Below are positions 1-9,960 of a DNA stretch of 64,000 nt, piece by piece. The notes beneath the pieces were generated by a model. The model was not told where the DNA came from and made no database searches. It worked only from the letters and a program-made list of their open reading frames with translations. The position numbers and the translations under genes are program-made. The stretch spans positions 864,001-928,000 of the forward strand of contig CAXXUA010000005.1 of the NCBI GenBank assembly GCA_963663765.2, written 5' to 3'. How positions within the stretch are numbered: the first letter of the stretch is position 1; every line of letters starts with the position of its first letter. This stretch comes from Candidatus Poribacteria bacterium (GTDB taxonomy: Bacteria; Poribacteria; WGA-4E; WGA-3G).

Positions 1-37
1 TCGGATTCAATGTAATCTTGTGTGTTTTGTAGGGCAT
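1..37 (-). CDS. N-terminal fragment of a probable TnpB (IS200/IS605/IS607 RNA-guided nuclease), running off the window
   Basis: The minus strand reads AGGAG-N6-ATG then MPYKTHKITLNP, resembling TnpB N-termini (HKIxLxP). TTGACA-18-TATCCT lies upstream (147-118) and a hairpin at 155-183. Only 12 codons are visible. Confidence 0.45.
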   Translation of the reverse strand, partial: MPYKTHKITLNP

Positions 38-154
38 ACCTGACTCCTGTAGGGTGCCGACTTCCATTGACGTGGTGTGATAGGTGCGTCAACACCAATC
101 ACTGGGTCAGTCCTATAAGGATACCATAGAAGACATATAAATGTCAACGTTTTT

Positions 155-183
155 TGACCCAAGCATAAATGCTTGGGATTGTC
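155..183. other. Hairpin, possible IS200/IS605-type left-end structure or terminator
   Basis: CCCAAGCAT-A-AATGCTTGGG stem between the TPR gene remnant and the putative tnpB promoter. Confidence 0.35.
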
Positions 184-329
184 AGTTAATTCCCTTCATC
201 AGAACCGTTAAAATAGTCCGAGAACTGATCATGTATTCACATGGATGATGCCGGTTTGTCGCATCATTACCATTGCTTTATCAAGCATGTTATTTTGACT
301 GTAGGCTTCAGACAAGTTGAGGTTGACAT

Positions 330-3300
330 TTATTCGGTAGACATTTGCACAGAACTCGCATAGTCCTGTGGAATGGAATTTTTCAACGTTTCTAACATTT
401 GTTTGTAACGTGTTTTGTCATTTGAATTCTTGCTTGCATCAGCGACTTGTTTCCAAAAATAGTCCAATGAATCGTTGGCAGTGAGAATACTTAGCGCATA
501 TTTGAAATATCTAAGTGCATCGTCATAACGATCATTCGCGACATACGCACGTCCAAGTGTAAGTGGGAACCGATAACTAATTTCTTCATAGTTTTGTATC
601 GCACGTGTTGCATGTTTTAGTGTTGTTTCTGGAAAGATTCCTTTATCAAGAAGTTCTTCAGCAAACCAACGTTGGTGATTTGTATCCTGTCCGTTAACCT
701 CTTGCTTTCTCAATTTCAACCACTTAGCGTAGGCGATCTCAGCTCTATCGACATCACCTGTTTTTTTGTAGAGATCTCCTAAAAGTTCGTGCAGGACGAT
801 ACTCTCCAGCATTTTCGGTTTTACTTCCTCAAGGATAGCAATGAGTTTATCATCTTGTCCTTCATCAGTGTAAAGTTCAGAGATAGCGCGAATTAGTGTT
901 TCATGGGTTGTTTGTCCAAAAGGTGCGTCTAATGCTCGTAGATATACAAATGCAGCATCTGATATCTGGTTCTGATCCATATATAATTTTGCTAACCGAT
1001 CATAATACTGGTATATAGTCGGTCTGAGTTCAATCGCTTTTTCATAATAGAATGCAGCCTTTGTCACGTTATCAGCCTTTAAACTTGCTAAAATTGTACG
1101 GTTGTAAGGTTCAAGTTTAGCATTTCCAACAAGTTTACCATCATTTTTATTGAGTGAACTATCAAAAACGCGTCCTTCAGTTTCTACATCAAATTTCCAA
1201 TATCCTACTAAACCGGCTTCATCTCCTTTCAGCTGCTTATACATATCGGAACGAATTTGATTTTCAGTACGCGCAATGTTCCAAACCCGCACTTCATCAA
1301 TGAGTCCAGCAAATGATGCGTGCTCAGATATTTCTTCTTCATGTGAACAACCTATACGCAATGGCAGTGTGGTCTTAGTCAAATTGCTCTGCCCCTTAAA
1401 ATTACTTCTTCTGACTTCAGCACCGTTTAGATATAACTTGATGCTGTCATTCCTTGCATCAATGGTTGCGGAAACGTGGTACCATTCATTTCTTTGGATA
1501 GTTTCACTTGCAGAGGCAATCCATCTTATAAAAAGTCCGTCAGGGGATGCATCAAAATAAACACAACCTTCATCAAATAACCAGAGCGCGAATTGACGAT
1601 GAGAATGATTAGGTATTCGTTTGTTGCCTTTGAAAAGTATCGTCGTACAGGTGTTTGGAAAATCTGTTGGTTTGATCCATGCAGAAATTGTAACTTGTTC
1701 GGAGATATTGTTAATAATCTCACTATCCACAATTTCTACGTAACTCCCGTCTCCATCTAAGCTAAGGGCATTACTTTCTATTACTTCGTCAATCTCAAGA
1801 TCCACTTTTTGATACAGATCCCCCAACTTTCTGTAGACGTAGTTTCTTTCAGGTTCCAGTTCCGCAAGTTTTTCATACTGCTCAATTGCTTCTTTGATTC
1901 TATCTATGGCTTCATAACTTTCAGCAAGTTCCAAGATCAACTCTGGATTATGAGGGTTTTTCTCAACACTCTTCAGTTGTTCCGGTATCAATTTTTCATA
2001 GAGTTTTCCTTCTTTGGTGATTTCAGTGATCGCGTTATTTGCCCTATTTCGTATGCTGTTATTGCTGTCTTCGCTTGCCATTCGCTGATATATGTCAAGA
2101 GCTTCTTCGTACTGTTTTGTCTCACGGTAACTTTTCGCAAGTATTTCATGCAAAGTATCCAGCATCCTACTATTTCCTTCGTTGTCACTCTTATCAATCG
2201 CAGCTTTGGATAGTTCAATTGCCGGCTCAAACATCCTATTTTCAATGCAGATTGTTGCGAGTGTGCCAAGAAACCACACATCATCTTTTTCACTACAGGC
2301 AGCAAGTGCCTGTTCAGCTTGGTTGAGCATCTCTTTGGCTAAATCAGCTTGTTTGTTTCTTTTCAACGCAGCTGCAGCATAATAGAAATAACGGACATCG
2401 TTAGATTCTGCTTTGCCAAGTGCTTCATACATTTCAGCAGCTTTTTGATAATCCCTTTCATCCCAATATATTCTTGCTAATATTGTTTGTGCTACAGGAT
2501 TCTCTTTACGTTCTCTAAGTTTACCTTCATAATGTGTTTTTAACACTTCCAGTTTATCTTGGCTCTTGAAAGCATCAATCAATGAATTACGTGCAGACTC
2601 AAATTCGTATATCGCTGCAATTCTTGCAGATGTCACTGTAATTCTTTCCGAAGTGTAGAGCCATATATTGCTGTTTATATACGAATTCACCTCATTTTCA
2701 TAAGGTTTTACTACTGAGTCCATATCACCGAGTTGAATATATACCTTGAACAATTCAGCAGAGATTCTAACATTCTCAGAAAAACTGGTTGTCATGTCGA
2801 GTGCATGCCTATAGGCATTAGCAGCTTTTTCCAATTCACCAATTTTGTGATAGTACTCAGCAAGTGCTTTCTGCATCTCGAATGTGATTGTCCCATCATT
2901 TTTAGCTTGTTGTAACTTCTCTTTTAAATTCCCATAATAGCGATAGAAACTGATCAATTGCAGTTCAACATTCTGCCGCTCCGATGCTGATGTGGCTGAT
3001 AGAATTGCATTCTTCAATGCAATTTCAGCTGCATCTATGTCCTTATTGAGAATACAAAGTTTTGCGAGCCTAAGATACGTTTGTTTATCACCAGGTGCCA
3101 ATTCAATTGATTTGTTATAGTTAGCGATGGCAGCATGTTCATTACCCTCAACTTCATATAACCTTGCGAGTCGTGCGTAATGTTCGCCTACTGTTGGATT
3201 TGTTTGGATGTATGCCTGCGCGATTTCAAATGCCTCGTTGCGTTTGCCAGCAGCTTGCAAACTATAGGTGAGTCCGTCTTGATATTTAATGTTTTCTGGA

Positions 3301-3602
3301 TCATCTTCAAGCAGTTTGCTGTAGGTTTTCGCAGCTTTTTCGTGCTGATTTGTACGGGTGTAAAGTGTTGCAAGTTGCACGCGAGATTCAAAATCTTCAG
3401 GTGCTCCCTTCACAATTCGTTCGTAGTATTCTATTGCTTCCTCAAATTGGTTCTGCCGCACTAACGTTTGTGCTATATTGATGAATTCTTGTAGAGGGAC
3501 ATTATTTTCTTCGACGTCTTGTGGTTCAAGTTCTGCAATTAAAGCACCTACTGTGATAAACAAAAGTATGACGAAGAAGAAAGACATTTTCGAGTGTGTC
3601 AT
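330..3602 (-). CDS. Secreted TPR-repeat protein with an inserted LamG/concanavalin A-like lectin domain; C-terminus probably truncated by a frameshift
   Basis: Signal peptide, many TPR helices and LamG motifs (ALSLDGDGSYVEI, WYHVSAT, FAGLIDEVRVWNIART). A shifted frame continues past the stop (NVNLNLSEAY...TGIIHVNT*SVLGLF). Confidence 0.85.
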   Translation of the reverse strand: MTHSKMSFFFVILLFITVGALIAELEPQDVEENNVPLQEFINIAQTLVRQNQFEEAIEYYERIVKGAPEDFESRVQLATLYTRTNQHEKAAKTYSKLLEDDPENIKYQDGLTYSLQAAGKRNEAFEIAQAYIQTNPTVGEHYARLARLYEVEGNEHAAIANYNKSIELAPGDKQTYLRLAKLCILNKDIDAAEIALKNAILSATSASERQNVELQLISFYRYYGNLKEKLQQAKNDGTITFEMQKALAEYYHKIGELEKAANAYRHALDMTTSFSENVRISAELFKVYIQLGDMDSVVKPYENEVNSYINSNIWLYTSERITVTSARIAAIYEFESARNSLIDAFKSQDKLEVLKTHYEGKLRERKENPVAQTILARIYWDERDYQKAAEMYEALGKAESNDVRYFYYAAAALKRNKQADLAKEMLNQAEQALAACSEKDDVWFLGTLATICIENRMFEPAIELSKAAIDKSDNEGNSRMLDTLHEILAKSYRETKQYEEALDIYQRMASEDSNNSIRNRANNAITEITKEGKLYEKLIPEQLKSVEKNPHNPELILELAESYEAIDRIKEAIEQYEKLAELEPERNYVYRKLGDLYQKVDLEIDEVIESNALSLDGDGSYVEIVDSEIINNISEQVTISAWIKPTDFPNTCTTILFKGNKRIPNHSHRQFALWLFDEGCVYFDASPDGLFIRWIASASETIQRNEWYHVSATIDARNDSIKLYLNGAEVRRSNFKGQSNLTKTTLPLRIGCSHEEEISEHASFAGLIDEVRVWNIARTENQIRSDMYKQLKGDEAGLVGYWKFDVETEGRVFDSSLNKNDGKLVGNAKLEPYNRTILASLKADNVTKAAFYYEKAIELRPTIYQYYDRLAKLYMDQNQISDAAFVYLRALDAPFGQTTHETLIRAISELYTDEGQDDKLIAILEEVKPKMLESIVLHELLGDLYKKTGDVDRAEIAYAKWLKLRKQEVNGQDTNHQRWFAEELLDKGIFPETTLKHATRAIQNYEEISYRFPLTLGRAYVANDRYDDALRYFKYALSILTANDSLDYFWKQVADASKNSNDKTRYKQMLETLKNSIPQDYASSVQMSTE

Positions 3603-3649
3603 TGAAAGATTTCTCCTTTTGGAGTTAGCAGTTATCTACGTTTACTTTA

Positions 3650-3803
3650 TACCAATTCAAATAAATCTTGTCTCATTAAGGAATTCTACTGTTTACTGGC
3701 AGGGGGTTACTCTCTTCGGTAGGAGCGACCTCCAGGTCGCGACAGTGAGATCGCACCTACCAGTTTTCATGTGATAATGAGACATTATCACATGAAAATG
3801 GTA
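3650..3803. mobile_element. MITE, TACCA...TGGTA family, with one REP pair
   Basis: Ends nearly identical to those of 7345-7851. Contains the GTAGGAGCGACC-TCCA-GGTCGC hairpin. Flanks TTA/TAA. Confidence 0.8.
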
Positions 3804-3870
3804 TAATGTTGAAAATTACATCATTTTCATCACAATTCTTGATTAAATCATGAAAACTGCGTAAGTCCTG
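3804..3870 (-). mobile_element. Truncated MITE of the CAGGACTTACGCA-end family
   Basis: Reverse complement of the first ~67 bp of the 25262 and 38631 elements; ends TGCGTAAGTCCTG. Confidence 0.75.
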
Positions 3871-3977
3871 ACAAATTAAGGTGGTTTAACGAGTTGTGCT
3901 AAATAACTATATGTTAATCATTGTTTCACATAAGCATGACGTTTTGCAGGTGTCCTTCATAGTTTGAAACGATCTTC

Positions 3978-4187
3978 AGTCCCGACAAATGCCATACGGG
4001 GAATGCCTTAATGGCATTCATACCGTTGATTTGGCGCATTTGGCGTTGATTTGGTAGGGACGATAGGTTTATAGAAAAACGTCATAGTACATCCTCTTTA
4101 GTCCCGACAAATGCCATACGGGGAATGCCTTAATGGCATTCATACCGTTGATTTGGCGCATTTGGCGTTGATTTGGTAGGGACGATA
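3978..4187. repeat. 122-bp-period duplication of an interrupted GTCCCGTAGGGAC REP carrying the ~34-bp hairpin unit
   Basis: Identical ~88-bp blocks start at 3979 and 4101. Confidence 0.85.
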
Positions 4188-4411
4188 TGTGTGCATTATA
4201 AACCTAATATATGTAAAAACTTGGAAAACAATGGGTTAACTGGTACAAGTCGTTGGTTTAACAAAGAAATATACAAAGACCGATATAAAGTGAGAGTAGA
4301 TTTTTGGTTGGCAAGATACTTATGCGTAACTCTTTATGAGTTCAACAATATATTTTATGCGGGTATTCAGTTATTGATAATCCACTACTGGGGATAAGTC
4401 ACAACTATTCC

Positions 4412-5917
4412 TCAGAAACGTCTATACCTTTGCGTATATTGATTTTGTTGTGGTAGTAGTTCTATGTTTTTATCCATCCACTGCAGTCGAGTTTGAAGCC
4501 AAGATTTCATATCGTCTACTTCCCCTTGGTATGTTAAACGTCCAGGTCCCGGGTTCCCAAAAAGAGAACTACCCAACACACGCCAACGTTGAAAGTTCCG
4601 TTTTTGTGCTTCGGACAGAAATTCAGTTGTTTGATCTATTTCATCAAGGATTTTAGTCGTAGCAAGTTCACTTTTGCGTAACGTCTTCCATCTCTTGACC
4701 AGTTTTGCTTTGAAACTTTTGTCTGTGAGCAACCGATGCCACCAGAAAGGAACAGGATTTGTATACACTAACCAACTATCGGTTTCCCAACCGTCATGGA
4801 AAACTGTATTCCCTGATGATAGGTTGAAATCCCATACCGGTCCAGCCATTAACTTGCCGCCTCGATCTTTGTACATATATGCACTGAACCGAAACCCATC
4901 CGTGTTTTTAAATAGTTCATTGATGATGAAATGATCTATAAAAGAATCTATATCAATATATTTTGCATATCCCTGCTTTAGGTCACTGAATTTAGAACTT
5001 GATAAGGATGCTTCAAATTTGTTTATATAGTTTCTTATCCACAATCTTTGTTCAGCAGACATTTCGCGTCCTTTTGGATATACATGCGCAAGATGAGTAC
5101 CACGTTGTGTATAGAAAAAAGTTTCATTTGAATCCATCTTATCAATTTTTATGATATACCCACCAGTTATTTCGGGAGAATCGGTTTGATTGGGATTTAG
5201 CGATTCTATAGCAACGCGATCTTTTCCACGCTTAATCTTCTCAATAAGTAGATAGACACCAACATAATGTCCTGATAGAATTGTCTTGTCACCTCTATTA
5301 TTGAGAAACACCTCAACAAACTTGGTTCTACTTGCATATCTGCCAATTCGGTTGCTGAACTCAAAAGCCAAGTAGTTTCGCATTAAAGTCTTGTCCGAGT
5401 AGGGTCCATTCAGCACCCAGTCCGATTCAGCCGGTAAGTTGAATATAGACACATCTTTGTCATTGCCTTGCGTATCCCGAAACTCAAATCCGTACTGTTT
5501 TTTCGGAAACATTTGTGAGGTCTGTCCTCTAACTTCTATTCCTATTTTACCTTCAAAATGAATATTGGAACTATCCAAACTATTCTTACCACCCGATTCA
5601 TCATAAATAATTTTCATGTTTGCAGGTATTTTAGGTTCATTAGGTACCCATCGTCCATGCGTATCAATTATAACAAGTGGTAGATTTGATTGGTGAGTCC
5701 ATGGTCGGTTATCCGTATAAGTTGAACGGTTTGCATAATTTTGACGGTTCCACTTATTTCTACGGTTAGGAGTATACCGACGGTTAGGGACATTTCGACG
5801 CTCAACCAATTTATCAGATTGAGCAAATTGATGTCTGTTATCAGTTAGGAAACTTATAATTGTAAATAAGATGACACTACCCAGAAGCAGAAGTATTGTT
5901 TTTTTTGTAGGAAACAT
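4412..5917 (-). CDS. CotH kinase family protein
   Basis: Motifs RGQTSQ..PKKQY, DWVLNGPYSDKTLMRN, YVGVYLLIEKIK, NTDGF and GPVWDFNLS; N-terminal TM/signal. Confidence 0.92.
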   Translation of the reverse strand: MFPTKKTILLLLGSVILFTIISFLTDNRHQFAQSDKLVERRNVPNRRYTPNRRNKWNRQNYANRSTYTDNRPWTHQSNLPLVIIDTHGRWVPNEPKIPANMKIIYDESGGKNSLDSSNIHFEGKIGIEVRGQTSQMFPKKQYGFEFRDTQGNDKDVSIFNLPAESDWVLNGPYSDKTLMRNYLAFEFSNRIGRYASRTKFVEVFLNNRGDKTILSGHYVGVYLLIEKIKRGKDRVAIESLNPNQTDSPEITGGYIIKIDKMDSNETFFYTQRGTHLAHVYPKGREMSAEQRLWIRNYINKFEASLSSSKFSDLKQGYAKYIDIDSFIDHFIINELFKNTDGFRFSAYMYKDRGGKLMAGPVWDFNLSSGNTVFHDGWETDSWLVYTNPVPFWWHRLLTDKSFKAKLVKRWKTLRKSELATTKILDEIDQTTEFLSEAQKRNFQRWRVLGSSLFGNPGPGRLTYQGEVDDMKSWLQTRLQWMDKNIELLPQQNQYTQRYRRF

Positions 5918-6006
5918 TGTTGGTACTTACCTTCAGATTAAGATTGAATCCCCAACTACAAAACGGTGTCGTAACAAATTACACATAACAACAATGACAA
6001 TATATC

Positions 6007-6864
6007 CTACCACATCTCAAGCCATTGTTGTAACGTTGTCACTGGTTGTGTTTGGCTGCGAATCACCCACTTAAATTCAGGATCCTTCCAGTAAATACTA
6101 CCCGGATGATCACCATCCCGAAGGTACCGAATATCAATCGCCCATCGGATTATCTCGCTTGTCGTATGCTGTAGAGATCGGTGAAGCGTTAAGTTGTGAA
6201 ACACCAACGCATCTCCTACATCCATCGGACAAGTCACAATACGAGAGTCCTCCACAAGTTCGTCCATCACTTCAAGAAATCTACCTTCCCGATTTTCTGT
6301 CCGATGGTCAATCACACCTAACCGATGTGACCCAGCAACTACCTGCATACATCCATTGGTATCATCTACAGGCACAAGCGGTATCCATGCAGTCGGAATA
6401 AGCGATTCCTCACTGACTTTGCCAAAATAGCCGCTATCTTGATGCCATGGAACTACTGTCAATTGCTGACCGGGTAGTTTAGGACGTGCATTGAAAACTG
6501 GGTGTCCAATAACGTCGGTGCCTGTCAGTTGACTGATAGCATCTACGAGGGGACCAGCGTAATGCAGATCGAAGATTTCAGATGTCGCTATCTGTCCACG
6601 CCAAGACCGACCAAAACGGTTCGCATGGTCACCAGCAACTTGCCAGTAACGTTTTTCAAATGGAAGTTTGGCACCGTCATCTTCAACAACACCTTGATCC
6701 TTCAGTTGCCGGATGATACCATCTACAACATCCGCAAACCTGTCGCGCACACCGTTAATAAGAGGTTTTGGAACTACATCTTTAAGTAACAAATATCCAT
6801 CATTTTCCCATTGATGCATCTGTTCGGATGAAAGCGGGGTTGGTTGTTTTTGATCTGTTGTCAT
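6007..6864 (-). CDS. Phytanoyl-CoA dioxygenase (PhyH) family Fe(II)/2OG oxygenase
   Basis: WHQD, AWIPL, NGCMQVVAGSH, LHRS and RWAIDIRY motifs. Confidence 0.93.
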   Translation of the reverse strand: MTTDQKQPTPLSSEQMHQWENDGYLLLKDVVPKPLINGVRDRFADVVDGIIRQLKDQGVVEDDGAKLPFEKRYWQVAGDHANRFGRSWRGQIATSEIFDLHYAGPLVDAISQLTGTDVIGHPVFNARPKLPGQQLTVVPWHQDSGYFGKVSEESLIPTAWIPLVPVDDTNGCMQVVAGSHRLGVIDHRTENREGRFLEVMDELVEDSRIVTCPMDVGDALVFHNLTLHRSLQHTTSEIIRWAIDIRYLRDGDHPGSIYWKDPEFKWVIRSQTQPVTTLQQWLEMW

Positions 6865-6905
6865 TTTTTCTCACTTCTGTCTCAGTATTTTCTTAAGTTA
6901 ATGAT

Positions 6906-7146
6906 TTACCTATGGGTCTCCATATACTGCCGGAGTACAGTATTTACAAGCGTATGGTAATTTTGTCCCTGCTCATTGAACCATTCTATTATCTCAGGTT
7001 CAATTTGGAGGTAATTCTCAGGAACAATCATATCGGCATTTTCCCAAAAATCTTCATCCAGTTCGGGAATTTCTGATGTGTCAATAGCGTCTTCAGGGGG
7101 TCTCGCTATTTCAGAGAGGCGTGTCTTTGATAACTGATAGCTTCAT
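6906..7146 (-). pseudogene. BrnA-type antitoxin, frameshifted near its start
   Basis: Manual translation IDTSEIPELDEDFWENA...IIEWFNEQGQNYHTLVNTVLRQYM. The ATG at 7146 is out of frame with the body (241 bp). Confidence 0.75.
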
Positions 7147-7344
7147 TGTACCTTCTCCTTTCTTTAGTGGTTGCTTTTCTTGCAGAGATAATTCGCTTTT
7201 TCCTATTCCGATGCGTGTGACAAACTACCAATACTGTTCCACCGCCAAATGTCCCAACAGTAATCCCTCGTATCTCTATTTGACCTTGTTCGTCATAATA
7301 GTCTCTGGGATCAACCTTTGTAAAATGAATATTTGCAAATATAA

Positions 7345-7851
7345 TACCAATTCAAATAAATCTTGTCTCATTAAGGAATTCTACTGTTTACTGGCAGGGG
7401 GTTACTCTCTTCGGTAGGAGCGACCTCCAGGTCGCGAACGTCAACCCAAACCTACAACTCTTCGGTAGGAGCGACCTCCAGGTCGCGAACGTCAGCCCAA
7501 ACCTACAACTCCTGGTAGGAGCGACCTCCAGGTCGCGACCGTCAACCCAAACCTACAACTCTTGGTAGGAGCGACCTCACGGTCGCGAACGTCAGCCCAA
7601 ACCTACAACTCTTCGGTAGGAGCGACCTCCCGGTCGCGACCGTCAGCCCAAACCTACAACTCTTGGTAGGAGCGACCTCACGGTCGCGAACGTCAGCCCA
7701 AACCTACAACTCTTCGGTAGGAGCGACCTCCCGGTCGCGAACGTCAACCCAAACCTACAACTCTTGGTAGGAGCGACCTCCCGGTCGCGACCGTGAGGTC
7801 GCTCCTACCAAATTTCCGCTGCTAATGAGACATTATCACATGAAAATGGTA
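7345..7851. mobile_element. MITE, TACCA...TGGTA family, with 3-bp TAA target duplication and an internal REP array
   Basis: TAA at 7342-7344 and 7852-7854; imperfect TIR; interrupts the BrnT gene. Confidence 0.88.
7413..7809 (+). repeat. Eight tandem 50-51-bp GTAG-REP units closed by an inverted REP
   Basis: GGTAGGAGCGACC-tcNN-GGTCGCGA at 7413, 7464, 7514, 7564, 7615, 7665, 7716 and 7766. Confidence 0.93.
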
Positions 7852-8042
7852 TAAGTATAGCTTCCTCAAAGCGCACCCCATGCTTTTTATAGTTTGATCA
7901 GTTTTTGTTTTCATCCCATTCGAATTTCATAACACCACATCGGTTTATTTCAAATAACGATTCTCAATGAGAATTATACCATTTTTTCAAAAAAATGACG
8001 AATCTTTTCAAGCCAAAGTTATAATGTTAAGAACAATCATAC

Positions 8043-8060
8043 GGGTGTGTAAAGTTTTTT
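8043..8060 (+). mobile_element. Solo GGGTGTGTAAAGTTTTT IS end (same family as the 8340 IS)
   Basis: Matches the TIR at 8340. Confidence 0.6.
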
Positions 8061-8157
8061 TCACCCTTTTTGTCAGAATCACGAATTTCGCAGATAAGAC
8101 CTCTGCAACTAAATGTATTGCTTAGAGAAAACTTATCCGCTGCCATACGATTTCATG

Positions 8158-8301
8158 CTAGTGTTGAGTCAACATACTATTGTAGGTTGAGAATCGGAGA
8201 TCGCTCCTACAGAAGTCTTGTGTATTGTGTGTATTGTAGGAGGGAACTCCGATTCCCGACTTCTTTTTAGACCCATCATTAAGCACGTGACTAAGCACTA
8301 G
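8158..8301. mobile_element. Small MITE bounded by CTAG, carrying REP hairpins
   Basis: CTAG-TGTTGAGTCA ... TGACTAAGCA-CTAG. The internal GTAGGAGGGAACTCCGATTCCCGAC also occurs at 42151. Confidence 0.55.
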
Positions 8302-8366
8302 TATCTTATCCGCTAACTCCGTGAAATCCGCGAAATCCGGGGTGTGTAAAGTTTTTGGCATGGACA

Positions 8367-9500
8367 TCATGCTGCTTTTGTGTTTGGATACCAATATCTG
8401 TCCCAAGCCTTATTCTTTGACAAACATCTCCACTTTAGCACAGCATTGATGCCCGGTTGCTCCCATCTCATAGCTGCTTGTTTACACCTTTCTCCGACAA
8501 CATGTTTACATGCACTTTCAATCACACCACTTCCAATCATATACCCTTTTTCTCTAAACGCTTTATACTGCATGCGGTTTGCATGTTTTTCAAAATATCT
8601 TGCTTCTCTTTCTAAACTCTCTGACACCTCTGCGTGCTGTGTGGCTAAGGCACGAATGCTTGAGGCAACTTCTGCGATGTTCCCATCATGCAGAAAACAT
8701 TCTGTTTCTTTTATCCACGCTTCAAACAGCTCCGTTTCTGTCTCTTCAAACACAAGTTTCGCAACATCATACAGATGAGACACGGCGTGTGGATAATCCA
8801 CAATCTGAACAGCATTCGGAAAGTATTCTTTACAAAGGTTCCAAATCCACGCAGCACCATCTCCGATAAATACAATCTCTTGTGTATTTATATCTTTTTG
8901 ATAGATGCCACTTTGTAGTGCTAACGCATACAACTTTTTACCAAATGCGGCGGCATTTTGACGACCCGCAACATACCGAATACTTTCTGTTCTCACACTC
9001 GGGGTCCCACCCGAAACAGGTTGTGGATAATCTCTGTAAATACACCCCACTTTCACCTCTTTCCACCCATCCGGAGAGTTCGTGTGGCACCCATCGCAAC
9101 TCACATACCAACGCTGATTTTCCGCAAGTTCTTGAGCCTCTACTTGTTCACATACATCCAAATCTTCTGCCAACTTACACACACTTTGATGAAGTGTCGT
9201 GTGACTCACTTCTATCCCTTGATGAGACAACTCCTCTGATGCTTCCCTATAGTCAAGCCGCGCAGACAAACGACACATCGCTTCAACAACACGATGCGTG
9301 TATTGATCCGATAACTTCTGTTTGACTTCCCACGGGGCATGCCTATGTCCGTGTTCACAACAATACACCCAACGCCTTGGACTTATTTTGCCACAAAGAG
9401 TTGTTAGATGTTTCGCACGCTTGCGTAATGGACGACAAGGTGCTTGACACTCTGGACATTCAACAGGTTCACTCTCTTTCTTACCTGCCTTTTTAGACAC
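8367..9500 (-). CDS. ISKra4/UPF0236-family DDE transposase (main part)
   Basis: CPEC zinc finger; SCDG, IGDGAAWIW, DYPHA and IGSGVIESACKHVV motifs. Confidence 0.9.
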   Translation of the reverse strand: MSKKAGKKESEPVECPECQAPCRPLRKRAKHLTTLCGKISPRRWVYCCEHGHRHAPWEVKQKLSDQYTHRVVEAMCRLSARLDYREASEELSHQGIEVSHTTLHQSVCKLAEDLDVCEQVEAQELAENQRWYVSCDGCHTNSPDGWKEVKVGCIYRDYPQPVSGGTPSVRTESIRYVAGRQNAAAFGKKLYALALQSGIYQKDINTQEIVFIGDGAAWIWNLCKEYFPNAVQIVDYPHAVSHLYDVAKLVFEETETELFEAWIKETECFLHDGNIAEVASSIRALATQHAEVSESLEREARYFEKHANRMQYKAFREKGYMIGSGVIESACKHVVGERCKQAAMRWEQPGINAVLKWRCLSKNKAWDRYWYPNTKAA

Positions 9501-9684
9501 ACACTTCTAAAAACTTTTGTTCAAGAGAACGAAATGCTTCGGAAACACGAACTTCAACATCATCTAAAGATAAACTCTCGTCAGCATCAATGTCTCCATA
9601 GAGATCGGTTACTTCTTTGACAATCTTTCTAAAATCATCTTCCCAATCATTGCTTTCATGAACACTTAATGATATACTTGACAT
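9493..9684 (-). CDS. Probable N-terminal part of the same transposase, separated by a frameshift at (GT)4
   Basis: AGGAGAGGA RBS upstream; overlaps the main ORF by 8 bp; one extra GT unit would fuse the frames. Confidence 0.65.
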   Translation of the reverse strand: MSSISLSVHESNDWEDDFRKIVKEVTDLYGDIDADESLSLDDVEVRVSEAFRSLEQKFLEVCV

Positions 9685-9807
9685 TGGTATCCTCTCCTAA
9701 AATTGAAATTTATTAGGTTAGGATACCATGTGTATACATTCTGAGCAAGAACTCCATTCAAGGCATTTTCATGCCAAAAACTTTACACACCCACCCTGCT
9801 TAAACAT

Positions 9808-9837
9808 TTGACTTCAACAAAAGATATGTGATACAAT
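9808..9837 (+). promoter_or_regulatory. Sigma70-like promoter
   Basis: TTGACT-18-TACAAT upstream of 9961. Confidence 0.45.
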
Positions 9838-9960
9838 TAGATATAGAAAAACCTTTTTATAAAAAACGAACCTTTTACATTTTCATTCGTCTAACCTGAC
9901 AAGAACACATTATCAGATATTTATTTTCATTTCACTTGCACTGAGTATAAGGAGAAAACA

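Larger units (their letters stand above)
7106..7930 (-). pseudogene. BrnT-family toxin with a nonsense codon and a MITE insertion
   Basis: MKFEWDENKN*SNYKKHGVRFEEAILI | FANIHF...VLVVCHTHRNRKKRIISARKATTKERRRY. Removing 7345-7851 plus one TAA restores the frame. Confidence 0.85.
8340..9792 (-). mobile_element. IS element, ISKra4/ISLre2-like (UPF0236; IS256/Mutator clade)
   Basis: Perfect 23-bp TIR GGGTGTGTAAAGTTTTTGGCATG (8340-8362 / 9770-9792) encloses the transposase ORFs. No clear TSD. Confidence 0.9.

Noticed and set aside
7413-7809. Possible CRISPR array
   Set aside because: The inter-hairpin segments are near-identical rather than unique spacers, no cas genes are present, and the array lies inside a MITE.
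8070-8406. Short ORFs in repeat-rich intergenic DNA (also 19119, 38646, 42042, 45430, 63413)
   Set aside because: They are translations of MITE/REP sequence with no RBS or domain signal.
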